DNA of 64,000 bases from Candidatus Hydrogenedentota bacterium (GTDB taxonomy: Bacteria > Hydrogenedentota > Hydrogenedentia > Hydrogenedentales > JAEUWI01): positions 1 through 64,000 of the forward strand of contig JAXMOL010000002.1 in NCBI GenBank assembly GCA_034669905.1, in the 5' to 3' direction. The position numbers were made by a program, and so were the translations under genes. Positions 37,621 through 48,087 of this stretch are shown here, piece after piece. The notes beneath the pieces are model-generated. The model made no database searches and was not told the origin of the DNA. It saw nothing but the letters and a program-made list of their open reading frames with translations. Within the stretch, counting starts at the first letter, position 1. The number at the start of each line of letters is the position of its first letter.

Positions 37621-40600
37621 ATGAAACGTTGTCTCCAGTCCGTAGTTTTAGTCGCCGTGGTCGCCCTGCTCGCAGGGTGCCCGGAAACAAGCCCCGATGC
37701 CCCATCACTCCGCGTAACGCCCGCGGCGGTCAGTCTGACCATCGACGAGACCCAACGGCTGACGGTCACCTCGACGGACGCCGCAGACACCTTTACCTTT
37801 TCTTCCAGTGCACCGGGGGTCGTTTCGGTAAGCGTGAGCGGATTGTTGACCGGCGTTTCTGAAGGCAACGCGACCATCACGGTCACAGGAAGCAACAGCG
37901 GACTGACGGCGACGGTCCCCGCCACGGTACCCGGGGCCATGACGGTCACGCCCACCGCGGTCCTCCTGCGCCCATCCCGGAGTGCCCTCCTGCTTGCGGA
38001 ATCGAGCAACCCACAAGACAGTTTTATCTGGACCTCGGCCAATCGAGACATCGCCCTTGTAAACAATGCGGGCCTGGTCACGGGGGTCTCTGCGGGCGAC
38101 ACCACCATTACGGTTCGGGGCAGCCAGAGCGGCTCGGAAGCCACGGCCTTCGTCACCATTGCAGGATCGGCCGGGGCCGGTATTGACGTGACCCCCGCCG
38201 AGCTGGTCTTACGCCCCAGTCAGACGTCTACCCTGACCGCCAACTCGACCGACGCTGAAGACACCTTCACCTGGAACTCCAGCAACCCCGAAGTGGCGAC
38301 TATCGACGAAAACGGTATGGTCACCGCCATCGCGGAAGGTGAAGTAAATTTCAACGTCACCGGTTCAAAGAGTAAGGCGAGCGGTGTGGCATTGGGCTTC
38401 GTCGTCACCCAACCCCTGGGCGAGATCACGATCAACCCCCCGGAACTCGTTTTGCGACCGGGGCGCACGGCTGTCTTGACGGCCAATTCAACGGAGGCGG
38501 CGGATGAAATTCTCTGGTCTTCTACCGATAGCAATGTCGCCACGATCGATGCGGGTGGGCGGGTCACCGCCGTGGGCGGCGGTCGTGCATTTCTCATCGC
38601 CGAGGGAACACAAAGTGGCGCAACGGGCACCACATCGCTAACGGTCCTCGGCGATGCGGCCACCCGTGTAACCTTGTCGCCTGCGGAAATTGTGCTCCGA
38701 CCTACCCAACGTGCCACGCTCTCACCCCAATCTACCCATATTGAGGACAGCTTCCTCTGGACCAGCACGGATGAGACGATCGCGACGGTAGACGAGAACG
38801 GCCAGGTAACGGCCGTTGCCGAAGGTGAAGCCACCATCGTCGCGACGGGCAGCAGCAGCAACGTATCCAGTACCTCCCTGGTAAACGTGGTCGGCCGGGC
38901 CCCCGCCATTATTTCCGTCAACCCTACGGAAGTAGAATTGCGCCCCACCCGCACCACCAAACTGGAAGCCCGCTCGACCGACCCCGACGATACTTTCACC
39001 TGGTCCTCTTCGGACAATGGCGTGGCCATCATTGATGGCGACGGTATCGTGACCGTGACGGCCATCGCCGTGGGCGAGGTAACGGTGGTCGCCACCGGTA
39101 CCGCGAGTAACGATTCCGGCAGCGCGACGGTCACGGTCGCGGGCAGGCCACCTGCGTCGATCACTATCGACCCCGATCAGATCGTTTTGCGTCCCTCCCG
39201 CTCGACCGTTTTGCTGGCGACGTCGTCCGAGCAGCAGGACATTATCCGGTGGTCCACTTCCGATGCGAGTGTCGCTACCGTCAGTTCGGGGGGGCGGGTA
39301 ACCGCGGTGGCCGAGGGCTCCGCCACCATATCGGCACTTGGCAGTCTCAGTGGTGCCACCGCAACAGCCCAGATCACCGTGGAGGGACGGGCCGCAGCAA
39401 ATGTCACCCTGAGCCCCGATGAAGTCACCCTGCGCCCCACGCGCAGCACCACCCTGACCGCGAATTCGGAGAACGTCGACGACACCTTCAGCTGGACGAG
39501 CAGCAATGAGGCCGTCGCTACGGTGGATGGGAATGGACGGGTGACGGCCATTGCAATCGGACAAGCCAACATCACGGCCACCGGATCGGTAAGCGCCGAT
39601 ACGGGCACCGCTCAAGTGACGGTAGAAGGCACCCCACCGGCCAGCATTACGATCGATCCCGAATCCATTGTAATCCAACCTGAACGAACGTCCCTGCTGA
39701 CCGCCATGTCCACCTTGACGACCGACAGCCTCACGTGGGCCTCGGAGGACGACGGCATTGCCACCGTCGATGCAACGGGCATGGTAACCGGCGTCGCGGA
39801 AGGCGTGACCAACATCACCGTCACCGGGTCGGTCAGCGGCGCGACGAACAGCACCCGGGTCACCGTCTCGGGCACTCCTCCGGTGACACTTGAACTAACC
39901 CCACCCGGGTTGGTGCTGCGCCCCACGCTGACGGCCCTTTTGAATGCTTCTTCCACGGACACCCTGGACACCTTCGACTGGACCTCTTCCGATGAATCCG
40001 TTGCCACGGTGGATGCGACGGGCAAGGTCACGGCAGTGGCCGTGGGCGTCGTCACTATTACAGCAACGGGCACGCGGAGTGGTGCCACCGCCACCACGCG
40101 GGTTACCGTCGCTGGTGCAGAACCTGCAGAAATTACAGTCAGCCCCGACAATGTCGTGCTGCGTCCGACACGTACCCTCACCCTGGACGTAAGCTCGACC
40201 GATGAGGAAGACGAGTTTACCTGGACCTCTTCCAACCCAGCCGTTGCGACGATTGACGCCGCCGGCATGGTGACCGCCATTGCCGAAGGGCAAGCGACCA
40301 TCACCGCCACCGGCACCCATAGTAACGACAGCGGAAGCACGCTGGTGACCGTTTCCGGCACCGTACCGACGACCGTTGTGCTGACTCCCAATACCGTCGT
40401 GCTACGCCCGACCCGTACGGCCACGATCATTGCCAGCTCTTCCAACACCGAAGACGTATTCACGTGGTCTTCCACCAATCCCGCGGTAGCCACCGTCGAC
40501 GCCAATGGCACCGTTTCGGCACTCAGCACCGGAGAGACGACCATCGTGGCCAGCGGCAGCCTTTCCCAGGCCACCGGCACGGCACGTATTACGGTATCCG

Positions 40601-43600
40601 GCACCAGCCCGGCAACCATCGATATTACCCCCGTGGGCATTGAGTTGAAACCCACGCAAACCGTGGTACTCGTGGCCAATTCGACCGATTTGGAAGATGC
40701 CTTTACCTGGGCCTCCACCAACACCAACGTGGCCGTCGTCGAAACGGATGGCACCGTCAGTGCCGTCGAAGAAGGCGAGACTACCGTTACCGCGACTGGC
40801 ACACGCAGCGGCGCTATCGGCAGTGCGGTCATTTCGGTGGCAGGCAGCATTCCCACGGAGATCGGTGTGGTACCCGCCACCCGCACCCTGCGCATCCGTG
40901 AAACGGCCGTATTGGTCGCCACCTCCAACAACCCCAGCGACACGTTCACGTGGTCTTCCTCTAACAATGCGGTCGCCACTGTCGACGCCACGGGACGGGT
41001 GACCGGCGTTTCTGAAGGCCAGGTCAGCATCGTGGCTACTGGCAGTAGTAGTGGGGTGTCCGGTACGGCCACCGTCACCGTATCAGGCCGACTACCCGCC
41101 GTAATCGCCATCACTCCCACCGTCAATGTGCTCCGACCCACTCAGACACTGACCCTCGCGGCCACGTCCACCGATCCTGCCGACGCCTTTACCTGGGCGT
41201 CGTCTGACACGAGCATCGCCACCATTACGCCCGATGGAGTCGTGGCGGCCGTCGTCGAAGGAGAAGTCACGATTACCGCCACGGGAACCAACAGCGGCGA
41301 CAGCGGAACCACCACCGTTACCGTTGCCGGTCGCGCCCCGGCCGAGATTTCCATTACTCCGGCAGACCCAGTCGTGCGCCCCTTGCAAACGACCACCCTG
41401 TCGGCCACCTCGAGCGATCCCACCGATATCATCATCTGGACCGTCGAAGACGAGTCGATTGCGACCGCCGAACATGACGGCACTATCCGGGGTCTGGCTG
41501 TCGGAGAAACCGAAGTCATTGCAACCGGCAGCATGAGCGGAGACAGCGCATCGGTTACCCTCTCCGTCGCCGGGCGGCCCTTCGCTGAGATTGTCGTCGA
41601 TCCCGTGGAGACGGCGCTGCGGGTCGGCGAGGTGGGGCTGGTCTCCGCCACTTCAACAGACGCCGAAGATGACATCACCTGGACTTCTTCCAACACGGCT
41701 GTCGCCACCGTGCTTCCTGATGGCAGCGTCGTTGCCAACGCCGTGGGTGTTGCACAACTTACCGCGACAGGCACCGCCAGCGGCGACAGCGGCATGGGAC
41801 AGGTCACCGTAGGTAGCGCCGAAGTTACCGTGAGCTCCACCCTGCTGCCCCTCCACGCCGGCACCACGGAAACCATGGTGGCCACTTCCACCGACCCCAA
41901 CGATCGCAAATTCACCTGGACCTCCTCCAACCCCAACGCCGCCATCGTATCGCCGACAGGCGTCGTGTTGGGCGTTGAACCGGGCACCACCACGATCCGC
42001 GCCGTTGGGAACGTCAGCGGCAGCGCCGGTTTGGTGGAAGTGACGGTGGTACCGTCAGTGACGAGCCTGATCCTGTGGGACGGCGAATCAGGCTTCGATG
42101 GAGAATACGGTCGTCTCAACACCGAGGAAGCATTTCGTGGAACGGCCTGCTTTGAAGGCACGCCGGACTTCTATCACACCTCCGCCCTCGATTTGCTCAA
42201 TGAGAGTTTTAGAACGGACCTGAGTCGTTTCGACGAAATCTGGTATTTTGCAAAAGTATCCCACCCCGGAAGCTACATACGCTTTTCTACGCAGTTCTTC
42301 CCGCGTACCAGTCGCTCGAGTAATTCACAGCCACTCACGGATGAATACGAGTTGGTACGCGTAGCGATTGACGATTTACGGACCACTGAATACCAGGTAA
42401 ATGCTGCCGAACGTCTCTACTTTACAATCAACAATCCCAGCGAAACCCGCCGTCTTTTCGTGGATGATATCCGTGCGGTAAGTCTGGCTCCATACGATGG
42501 CGAGCTAATCCCCATCATGGGCACGGCGACAAGTACGGATTTCGGGTCCGTAAACGTCGGGGAGAGCGTGGATCGTGAAATCACCCTCACCAACCGCGGC
42601 ACGAAGTCACTCACGGTGCATTCCCTCGCTCTCTTTGGAACCCACCCCGGCGAATTTAGCGCCCCCAACACAACCTTTACTATCCCACCAGGCGGGAGCC
42701 ATACCTTCACTACGACCTTTTCACCCACCACGGTGTTGAACAAGGAGGTGGGTGACAAATCGGCTCAGTTAGTCCTGACCCACGAACTGACTCCCTTTGG
42801 CTCCACGACAACGATCCCGTTATTGGGGCGGGCCTTGTCTCCGGCCATTGAGATTTCGCGGGCAAACCTTGATTTCGGCAGCGTACGTCTTGGGCTTTCG
42901 TCCACCAAGAAGCTACAGGTTACCAACGTGGGCAACGGGAGCCTCAGTGTCAACTCGGTCGCTGCAAGCGATCCCGCCGTGCAAGTCCTTCCACCCAGCT
43001 TCAATCTTGAGCCAGGTGAAAGTCAGAACCTGACGGTGATTTATATGCCGCTGGGAACCGATGCACTCATGGATTCCTTGAGCATCCAGTCTAACGCCAC
43101 GAACACGAGTAACTATACCGTGCCTCTCATCGGCTCCGGGCGTGCAATGGAGGACATAGGTGCCCTTACTGTGATACCAGGCGACGTAGACACAAACTCC
43201 GTTCAACTTTCCTGGCCACAGCTTACCGGTGCGGCCACTGTCAACGTATACTTTGGCCCCGAGCCTTCCGCAACAGAGAATGGTGCCCTGCCCTTGCAGC
43301 GCCTGGTGGCTTCGCTGAGTGGAGATACGACAGCGTATACGGTAGAGAATCTGGCACCGGGGGTTGACGTCTTCTTTCATCTCGAAGTACTCGATATCGG
43401 CAACCTGCCCATCGCTACAGGAAATGCCCACGCCCGCGTTGATGGTGGGCCCGAAGCCGAACTGGACCCAAGCGTCTTTGTTCAGGAAGTCCACCTCTAT
43501 GCGCCAGACATTCTCCAGATCGTCGTGGTGAATCCCCTGGTTCACTCGGGTGTGCCCGGCGCAGACACCGTCGACTGGGGCATCGACGGCATCGTGGGGG

Positions 43601-45807
43601 ATACAGGCGACGAGTTGCAGCAGGCCACTTGGACCGTCACCCGGCAGGATGGCTCGCCCATCACGATCAGCGATATTCATCGCCTGACCTCACCAGTCGG
43701 ACCGTCAATTGAAGCTCCTGGGAAGTCCGGTGTACGTACCGAGTTGTTTGATCTCGAGCACCATCTGTTCCTGGTGTTGAGCGAACCCGTTGGAAGCCGA
43801 GAAATACTCGACATAACGGGGCCCGAGATCATACGTCAGGTCGTGAACCCCGTGACACATGCCATTGAAATTGGGGAAACCTTCAATCCGAGCTTTACAC
43901 TGCCGTTCAGTGACAAGTACCTCGAATCGCCGGCGATCAAAGTCAACCAGGTGGGCTATGCGCCGCAGGCCACTGCACGCTATGCCTATGTTTCCGGTTG
44001 GTTGGGCGACGGCGGGGCGCTCCCCTTGACCGGCTACCCCGCGACAGCCAGTGTGCTCATCGAGCCCTTGGATCCGGCCGACCCACGAGAAGCTGTCGTT
44101 GATAATATCGGTATCACCCTCCGACAAGTCCGTGATGGCGATGGCCAATTGGCGAACGATCCCTACGTGGGAAGTGACGTTCGCGAAATCGACATCTCGA
44201 GTGTCCCACAAGCAGAGGGGACCGTTTACCGCGTCCATGTACCTGGCGTAGGCGTATCCTGGCCAACCCAGGTGAGTGAAACCGCCGTCTACCGCGCCTA
44301 CTTCACCATCGCCCGAGGGCTGACCTACAATCGCTGGGGCCGATTCTTCAGTCCGGAATGGACGGAGTTTGCACCCCGCCCCTCCGAACACACGACGGTC
44401 TTCACCAATGACGCCGAGGATTGGGGGCGCGAAACCGGTGCGTTCAGCGAAATGACGCCCCTGGTAGGACAACGCTTCCTGGAGGGAGGACACCACGATG
44501 CCGGTGACTTTGACATCCGTCCCCAACACTATACGGTCGGCATGTTCCTCCTTCGCGCCTACGAAGTACAAAAGGACTTTCACTTGGATGGCCAGTTGAA
44601 TATCCGTGAAAGTGGCAACGGCATTCCCGATCTTCTGGATGAGGCCCTCTGGAGCATCGCTGCGTGGGAACAACTCCAAGAAGAAGATGGCGGTGTCCGG
44701 GCTGGTGCGGAGTCCTACTCCCATCCGGGGGAATACAACTTCGCGGACCTGGATGCCCTGCCCTACTTCACGTTCGGACGCGAACCCTATCACACCATGC
44801 GTGTCGCCGGACTCTTTGCCCATGCCGCGCGCCTGGTTGATCCCTTTGATCCCCAGCGCGCAAATACGCTGATAGAGCGCGCCATTGCAGCATTTAACTA
44901 TGCCACAGACAATGGCATAAACGAAGACCACGTTGGGCCGACACTCTATGCCGCTGGCGAACTCTATGGCGTTACCGGAAACGAGGCGTATGGGGATGTC
45001 TTTGAAGCTATCTGGTCGGTGCGCGGGGACAATTTCCGCGGAACTCCAGCCCTATACATCGTACCGCCAGAAGGCGGCACCTACGCAGCCACGACGAACC
45101 TGCGCGAACACATAGACTATGTCTTCGGCTACTTTGAGGGACCAGAACCGAACACCACGTACCTCAGTCGACTCCGGACATTTACACGGGAAGAGGCTGC
45201 GTTACAGGCCGGTGCCGTGCGGGGACTTCACGCCTACCGTAGCGGTCGAAACCCGGGCGATGTGGTCGCCTCGGGCTATGGCACAACGACTGGTCGATGG
45301 CTCCTTGCTATCTATGCCCGCATTGGGATGGGCGTCGATGACCCGGACGAACTTCAGTCGCTCTATAATGCCATGAGTCTGTCGGCTGACTACGTGCTGG
45401 GTTGTAATCCCATGGGAAGAACGTGGATTACGGGACTGGGCTCCCGTCCCCCACTCCATGTATTGCATGGCGAAAGCCAGACCTTGAACTACATGGGTGA
45501 AGGGCATATTCCTGGTATACCGGTCTATGGCCCGGTCTCTCGTGTACCCAATGTTTTTACCTATTCCTTTGCAAAAAATCTCTGCTATCCAGGCTTTGAT
45601 TCTCGTCCCCTGATGTTCCGCTATCTGGACGTGAGCACGTGGGCGGTGACCAACGAGTTTACCGTTTGGGAAAACCAGGCACCCCACACCGCTCTCTTTT
45701 CAATGCTCGTGGCCCCGGGCCTGACACCGCCCGACTCCTGGCTTCCCGGTGGTGAGAATTACGCCACGCCACTCGCACCGCGTGAGTCGGCGCTGGAGAC
45801 CCCCTGA
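37621..45807 (+). CDS. Giant surface lipoprotein (2728 aa): 18 Big_2-type Ig repeats, CBM-like domain, 2 ASH/choice-of-anchor-D-like Ig domains, FN3-like domain, CelD_N-like domain and GH9 glycoside hydrolase
   Basis: MKR...LLAGC lipobox; 18 ~81-aa repeats (LRP.....L.A.S....D.F.W.SS...VATVD..G.VTAVA.G). GH9 motifs IKVNQVGY, GGHHDAGDFD, NGIPDLLDEALW, DYVLGCNPMGRTWITGLG and TNEFTV. Confidence 0.88.
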   Translation: MKRCLQSVVLVAVVALLAGCPETSPDAPSLRVTPAAVSLTIDETQRLTVTSTDAADTFTFSSSAPGVVSVSVSGLLTGVSEGNATITVTGSNSGLTATVPATVPGAMTVTPTAVLLRPSRSALLLAESSNPQDSFIWTSANRDIALVNNAGLVTGVSAGDTTITVRGSQSGSEATAFVTIAGSAGAGIDVTPAELVLRPSQTSTLTANSTDAEDTFTWNSSNPEVATIDENGMVTAIAEGEVNFNVTGSKSKASGVALGFVVTQPLGEITINPPELVLRPGRTAVLTANSTEAADEILWSSTDSNVATIDAGGRVTAVGGGRAFLIAEGTQSGATGTTSLTVLGDAATRVTLSPAEIVLRPTQRATLSPQSTHIEDSFLWTSTDETIATVDENGQVTAVAEGEATIVATGSSSNVSSTSLVNVVGRAPAIISVNPTEVELRPTRTTKLEARSTDPDDTFTWSSSDNGVAIIDGDGIVTVTAIAVGEVTVVATGTASNDSGSATVTVAGRPPASITIDPDQIVLRPSRSTVLLATSSEQQDIIRWSTSDASVATVSSGGRVTAVAEGSATISALGSLSGATATAQITVEGRAAANVTLSPDEVTLRPTRSTTLTANSENVDDTFSWTSSNEAVATVDGNGRVTAIAIGQANITATGSVSADTGTAQVTVEGTPPASITIDPESIVIQPERTSLLTAMSTLTTDSLTWASEDDGIATVDATGMVTGVAEGVTNITVTGSVSGATNSTRVTVSGTPPVTLELTPPGLVLRPTLTALLNASSTDTLDTFDWTSSDESVATVDATGKVTAVAVGVVTITATGTRSGATATTRVTVAGAEPAEITVSPDNVVLRPTRTLTLDVSSTDEEDEFTWTSSNPAVATIDAAGMVTAIAEGQATITATGTHSNDSGSTLVTVSGTVPTTVVLTPNTVVLRPTRTATIIASSSNTEDVFTWSSTNPAVATVDANGTVSALSTGETTIVASGSLSQATGTARITVSGTSPATIDITPVGIELKPTQTVVLVANSTDLEDAFTWASTNTNVAVVETDGTVSAVEEGETTVTATGTRSGAIGSAVISVAGSIPTEIGVVPATRTLRIRETAVLVATSNNPSDTFTWSSSNNAVATVDATGRVTGVSEGQVSIVATGSSSGVSGTATVTVSGRLPAVIAITPTVNVLRPTQTLTLAATSTDPADAFTWASSDTSIATITPDGVVAAVVEGEVTITATGTNSGDSGTTTVTVAGRAPAEISITPADPVVRPLQTTTLSATSSDPTDIIIWTVEDESIATAEHDGTIRGLAVGETEVIATGSMSGDSASVTLSVAGRPFAEIVVDPVETALRVGEVGLVSATSTDAEDDITWTSSNTAVATVLPDGSVVANAVGVAQLTATGTASGDSGMGQVTVGSAEVTVSSTLLPLHAGTTETMVATSTDPNDRKFTWTSSNPNAAIVSPTGVVLGVEPGTTTIRAVGNVSGSAGLVEVTVVPSVTSLILWDGESGFDGEYGRLNTEEAFRGTACFEGTPDFYHTSALDLLNESFRTDLSRFDEIWYFAKVSHPGSYIRFSTQFFPRTSRSSNSQPLTDEYELVRVAIDDLRTTEYQVNAAERLYFTINNPSETRRLFVDDIRAVSLAPYDGELIPIMGTATSTDFGSVNVGESVDREITLTNRGTKSLTVHSLALFGTHPGEFSAPNTTFTIPPGGSHTFTTTFSPTTVLNKEVGDKSAQLVLTHELTPFGSTTTIPLLGRALSPAIEISRANLDFGSVRLGLSSTKKLQVTNVGNGSLSVNSVAASDPAVQVLPPSFNLEPGESQNLTVIYMPLGTDALMDSLSIQSNATNTSNYTVPLIGSGRAMEDIGALTVIPGDVDTNSVQLSWPQLTGAATVNVYFGPEPSATENGALPLQRLVASLSGDTTAYTVENLAPGVDVFFHLEVLDIGNLPIATGNAHARVDGGPEAELDPSVFVQEVHLYAPDILQIVVVNPLVHSGVPGADTVDWGIDGIVGDTGDELQQATWTVTRQDGSPITISDIHRLTSPVGPSIEAPGKSGVRTELFDLEHHLFLVLSEPVGSREILDITGPEIIRQVVNPVTHAIEIGETFNPSFTLPFSDKYLESPAIKVNQVGYAPQATARYAYVSGWLGDGGALPLTGYPATASVLIEPLDPADPREAVVDNIGITLRQVRDGDGQLANDPYVGSDVREIDISSVPQAEGTVYRVHVPGVGVSWPTQVSETAVYRAYFTIARGLTYNRWGRFFSPEWTEFAPRPSEHTTVFTNDAEDWGRETGAFSEMTPLVGQRFLEGGHHDAGDFDIRPQHYTVGMFLLRAYEVQKDFHLDGQLNIRESGNGIPDLLDEALWSIAAWEQLQEEDGGVRAGAESYSHPGEYNFADLDALPYFTFGREPYHTMRVAGLFAHAARLVDPFDPQRANTLIERAIAAFNYATDNGINEDHVGPTLYAAGELYGVTGNEAYGDVFEAIWSVRGDNFRGTPALYIVPPEGGTYAATTNLREHIDYVFGYFEGPEPNTTYLSRLRTFTREEAALQAGAVRGLHAYRSGRNPGDVVASGYGTTTGRWLLAIYARIGMGVDDPDELQSLYNAMSLSADYVLGCNPMGRTWITGLGSRPPLHVLHGESQTLNYMGEGHIPGIPVYGPVSRVPNVFTYSFAKNLCYPGFDSRPLMFRYLDVSTWAVTNEFTVWENQAPHTALFSMLVAPGLTPPDSWLPGGENYATPLAPRESALETP

Positions 45808-45817
45808 GTCCTTCCAC

Positions 45818-45864
45818 AAAAAAGGCCTGGCTGATGCTTCCATGTTGGGAAGCTCAGCCAGGCC
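45818..45864. terminator. Hairpin terminator between the GH9 gene and the convergent glycan cluster
   Basis: AAAAAAGGCCTGGCTGA...TCAGCCAGGCC. Confidence 0.75.
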
Positions 45865-45880
45865 ATAATGACGTTCGAAA

Positions 45881-47092
45881 TCAGTCCTTCGGTGCGAGGA
45901 CTTCCTGCTGCGGGGCCGCGTCAATCCACGTTCGAATGGTCGTGCGCAGACGTTCACCCAGTTGCTCTTCCGAGTAGCTACCCAAACTCGCTGTCCGAAG
46001 ATTCGCCGCCAGACGGGATGTCCGCTCAGAATCGCCCAACATGGTGGATACGGCCTCGCCAAAGCCCTCGGCCGTGTCCCGGACGACGAGCTCGTCTTCG
46101 CTGAAATTCAGGCCTTCGGCCCCGATAGCGGTCGTGACAACCGCCTTCCCATACGCGGCCACTTCCAGAATACGTGTCTTCGTACCCGAACCCATTCGCA
46201 GCGGCGCGATACAGAAATCCGCATTGACGATGGTCGCGCCCATGTCATCCACTTCGCCGACCAATCGCACCCGCTCCAGCCCCAACTCTTCGATCAGTTT
46301 GCTGTACTCCGCCGTTGCGCCCCGGCCGACAATATGCAACTCACCATCGTGCGCGGCCAGTGCCTCCCGTATATGGGGATAAATTTCACGTGCAATATAG
46401 CGAAATGCATCGAGATTGACTGCAGAACTCAACACCCCATGAAAAAGGATATACCGCTTTTCCACGGCCGTCGGCGCAGGAATCTCGCACACCGTGGGCA
46501 TCGCATTGGGAATCGTGGCCATGGTCGGCCCGGTCTCCCCTTCGCGCCCCAGTGCTTCCAGTGTTTTCGTTTCCAGTTCATTGGTCATCAGGTAGAGGCA
46601 CTGCCGCGTCATCAGCCACTTTTCAAATTTGCGGTTGCGAAGATAGGCAAACAGATAATAGCGATTCCTGATGGAGCGGTTTTGATCCCACGCCTGTTGC
46701 GCAATCCGGGAGGTCAGGAAATCCAAATCCACCACAATGCGACTGTCTGGCACGAGGTCCAGCACATGCGGAATGAGGGCCGCGGCCGCCGCATGACGCA
46801 TGAACAGCAAATCGGGTTGATGGGTTTCTATCGCCCGACGAAATGCCGAAATAGCCTCCCTGGAATAGGTTGCCACCGTATTCGACCAGAACCAGCGAGG
46901 GGTTTGATAGGACAACGTGAGTGGGCCATCCCCGTCCTGCTGGAAGCCCTCCCCCGGCCCGTCGGTCTCTTCAATGTACACATCGATGACGGTGTACGCT
47001 TCCTGGAGGGCCGCGATCAGGAACCGTGCCCGCTGCTTGTCACCGCCACGCAATCCCACGTACGGCGCGCCTATGTTCAACAGGGTTGGCAA
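45881..47092 (-). CDS. Glycosyltransferase family 4 (GT-B)
   Basis: IAPLRMGSGTKTRILEVAAYGKAVVTTAIGAEGL. Probable TTG start at 47092 just after the GT8 stop (start uncertain). Confidence 0.85.
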   Translation of the reverse strand: MPTLLNIGAPYVGLRGGDKQRARFLIAALQEAYTVIDVYIEETDGPGEGFQQDGDGPLTLSYQTPRWFWSNTVATYSREAISAFRRAIETHQPDLLFMRHAAAAALIPHVLDLVPDSRIVVDLDFLTSRIAQQAWDQNRSIRNRYYLFAYLRNRKFEKWLMTRQCLYLMTNELETKTLEALGREGETGPTMATIPNAMPTVCEIPAPTAVEKRYILFHGVLSSAVNLDAFRYIAREIYPHIREALAAHDGELHIVGRGATAEYSKLIEELGLERVRLVGEVDDMGATIVNADFCIAPLRMGSGTKTRILEVAAYGKAVVTTAIGAEGLNFSEDELVVRDTAEGFGEAVSTMLGDSERTSRLAANLRTASLGSYSEEQLGERLRTTIRTWIDAAPQQEVLAPKD

Positions 47093-47094
47093 AA

Positions 47095-48036
47095 CTAGCG
47101 CCCCCCTTTCGACGTGAACACCGTTGAAATACGCTGCCAGATCTTGCCCGGCAAACTCGCTCTGAAATTCCACGCGGGACGCCACCCCCGCCAATCGGTG
47201 TCATCCAGATAGCGGAAGAAAAACGTGCGATTCCGATTGGTGTATTCCGATTGCCACGGCTTATGGGAGGAGGAGTAGTGAACGATAAAGGGGTCTTTCA
47301 CAATCTTCTCAAAGGTGCTTTGGTCAAAGGGACTGGCTTCCCAGGAGGCATAGCCGAATATCTGGCTCATCTGGTTCCAGCGGGAATCAAGTACCTTCCA
47401 ACGGCCAGACAAGATAGCATTGAGCCCATCCTGATCATGAAACTGAACAAACTCCCGCTTCTCCGCCAGGTAGCGAAAGATGTCGGCCGCGATAGCCTCT
47501 TCTCGCCACAGGGCCACGTTAATCACCAAGACGCCCGCGTTGAGATACTTGGCGTCGGCTTCCAAGCCCAACTCCTTATACAGTCGGAGGCCCATCGGAG
47601 ACGACACGTAGGGCGCCGACACATCCTGTGCGGCCAACAACGGTGCATCGTCGATCGGAATCTGCCACAGTTCCGTCAAATCCTTCAACACGATCAAATC
47701 ACAGTCGAGATAAATAACCTTCTCTACCGTTTCGGGCAGCAGTTGGGGTATCAAGAGACGCAGATAGGTCGCTTCCGAAATATAGCCGGATATCATCAGG
47801 TCCGGCAACATCCCTTCCGGGTTCAGCCACTGAACGACGATATTGTCGGCCTGCCACGATTTCTCGAGTCGCACTCGGTGCTCCTCCGAAATCCCCCCGT
47901 CCAGGACATACACCTGCAGGGTATATTCTGGATCCAGATTCGACAGCGCCGAACGCACCGTGGCGGCCAGGGGCATGACGTACCCGTCGTCTGACGCCAC
48001 GACCAGATTTATCCGTTTTTCGTTCTCACTACTCAT
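47095..48036 (-). CDS. Glycosyltransferase family 8
   Basis: TYLRL, KVIYLDCD, YLNAGVLVIN, HDQDGLN and IVHY..KPW. Confidence 0.93.
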   Translation of the reverse strand: MSSENEKRINLVVASDDGYVMPLAATVRSALSNLDPEYTLQVYVLDGGISEEHRVRLEKSWQADNIVVQWLNPEGMLPDLMISGYISEATYLRLLIPQLLPETVEKVIYLDCDLIVLKDLTELWQIPIDDAPLLAAQDVSAPYVSSPMGLRLYKELGLEADAKYLNAGVLVINVALWREEAIAADIFRYLAEKREFVQFHDQDGLNAILSGRWKVLDSRWNQMSQIFGYASWEASPFDQSTFEKIVKDPFIVHYSSSHKPWQSEYTNRNRTFFFRYLDDTDWRGWRPAWNFRASLPGKIWQRISTVFTSKGGR

Positions 48037-48087
48037 ATTATAAAAGCCTCAATCGATAGATGGTGCTGGACGGCTCACGGTGCATTG

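Noticed and set aside
38220..42161. Several long minus-strand ORFs with repetitive V/A/T/P content
   Set aside because: Shadows of the Ig-repeat region of the giant lipoprotein.
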